Shown here piece by piece: positions 25,006 through 25,276 of a stretch of 25,276 nucleotides of DNA. The DNA is from Prasinococcaceae sp. CCMP 1430 (Eukaryota > Plantae > Prasinodermophyta): contig RQSC01000535.1 of the NCBI GenBank assembly GCA_013416795.1, forward strand, positions 1-25,276, written 5' to 3'. How positions within the stretch are numbered: position 1 is the stretch's first letter; each line of letters opens with the position of its first letter. The translations under genes were made by a program, and so were the position numbers. The notes beneath the pieces are model-generated. The model was not told the DNA's origin. It worked only from the letters and a program-made list of their open reading frames with translations, and made no database searches.

Positions 25006-25276
25006 GCAGCAACAACAGATCCAGCCCGCGCCCCACCCCGCCCACACCGCACCGCACCGCCTCCGGCACCGCCTCCGGCACTGGCACCCCGGCACTGGCA
25101 CCGGCACTGCTGCCCCCGCGATTTTTTCGCGCGCAGTTTTTCGAACTTCGAACCGAGCTCTTCGAACTCCACCACCCCCCCCGGGAAAAAGCACAGACGC
25201 CCAGGCCCCCGCGTGGCGGGCCCTCGCGAAACGGCGCGGCACAGCGCGAGCGCGAGCGCGCGTGGCGCCGCGGCGC

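Noticed and set aside
24770-25087. Poly-Gly N-terminal extension of ubinuclein (and the poly-Pro extension 15750-16052 of ANK-WD40)
   Set aside because: These are translations of homopolymer tracts from non-ATG starts, upstream of better ATGs.

Overview
Gene-dense, very GC-rich eukaryotic nuclear DNA, most consistent with a prasinophyte-grade green alga. Support: nuclear-encoded plastid L4 and complex I 75-kDa subunit, a double-AP2 factor, a PP2-A10-like gene, short introns with GTGCG donors, and TGTAA poly(A)-type signals. Gene order: partial plastid RPL4 (3' exon not found), NDUFS1, MFSD5/MOT2-type transporter (minus strand, 2 introns), sulfotransferase + PLOD-like glycosyltransferase fusion, second sulfotransferase-like protein, PP2-A10-like protein, euAP2-like transcription factor, probable decayed RLE-type non-LTR retrotransposon fragment, ankyrin + WD40 protein, secretory cyclophilin, hypothetical protein, 37-N gap, SLC25A42-like CoA carrier, ubinuclein (minus strand). 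Most notable: (1) the ANK-WD40 gene, whose eight 126-bp WD40 units are near-identical in DNA except at propeller top-face codons, as in fungal HET-E-type receptors but with no NACHT domain; (2) a possible Golgi glycan-modification mini-cluster; (3) the RPL4/NDUFS1 junction, probably a mis-join. All assignments come from motif recognition by eye; no searches were run.
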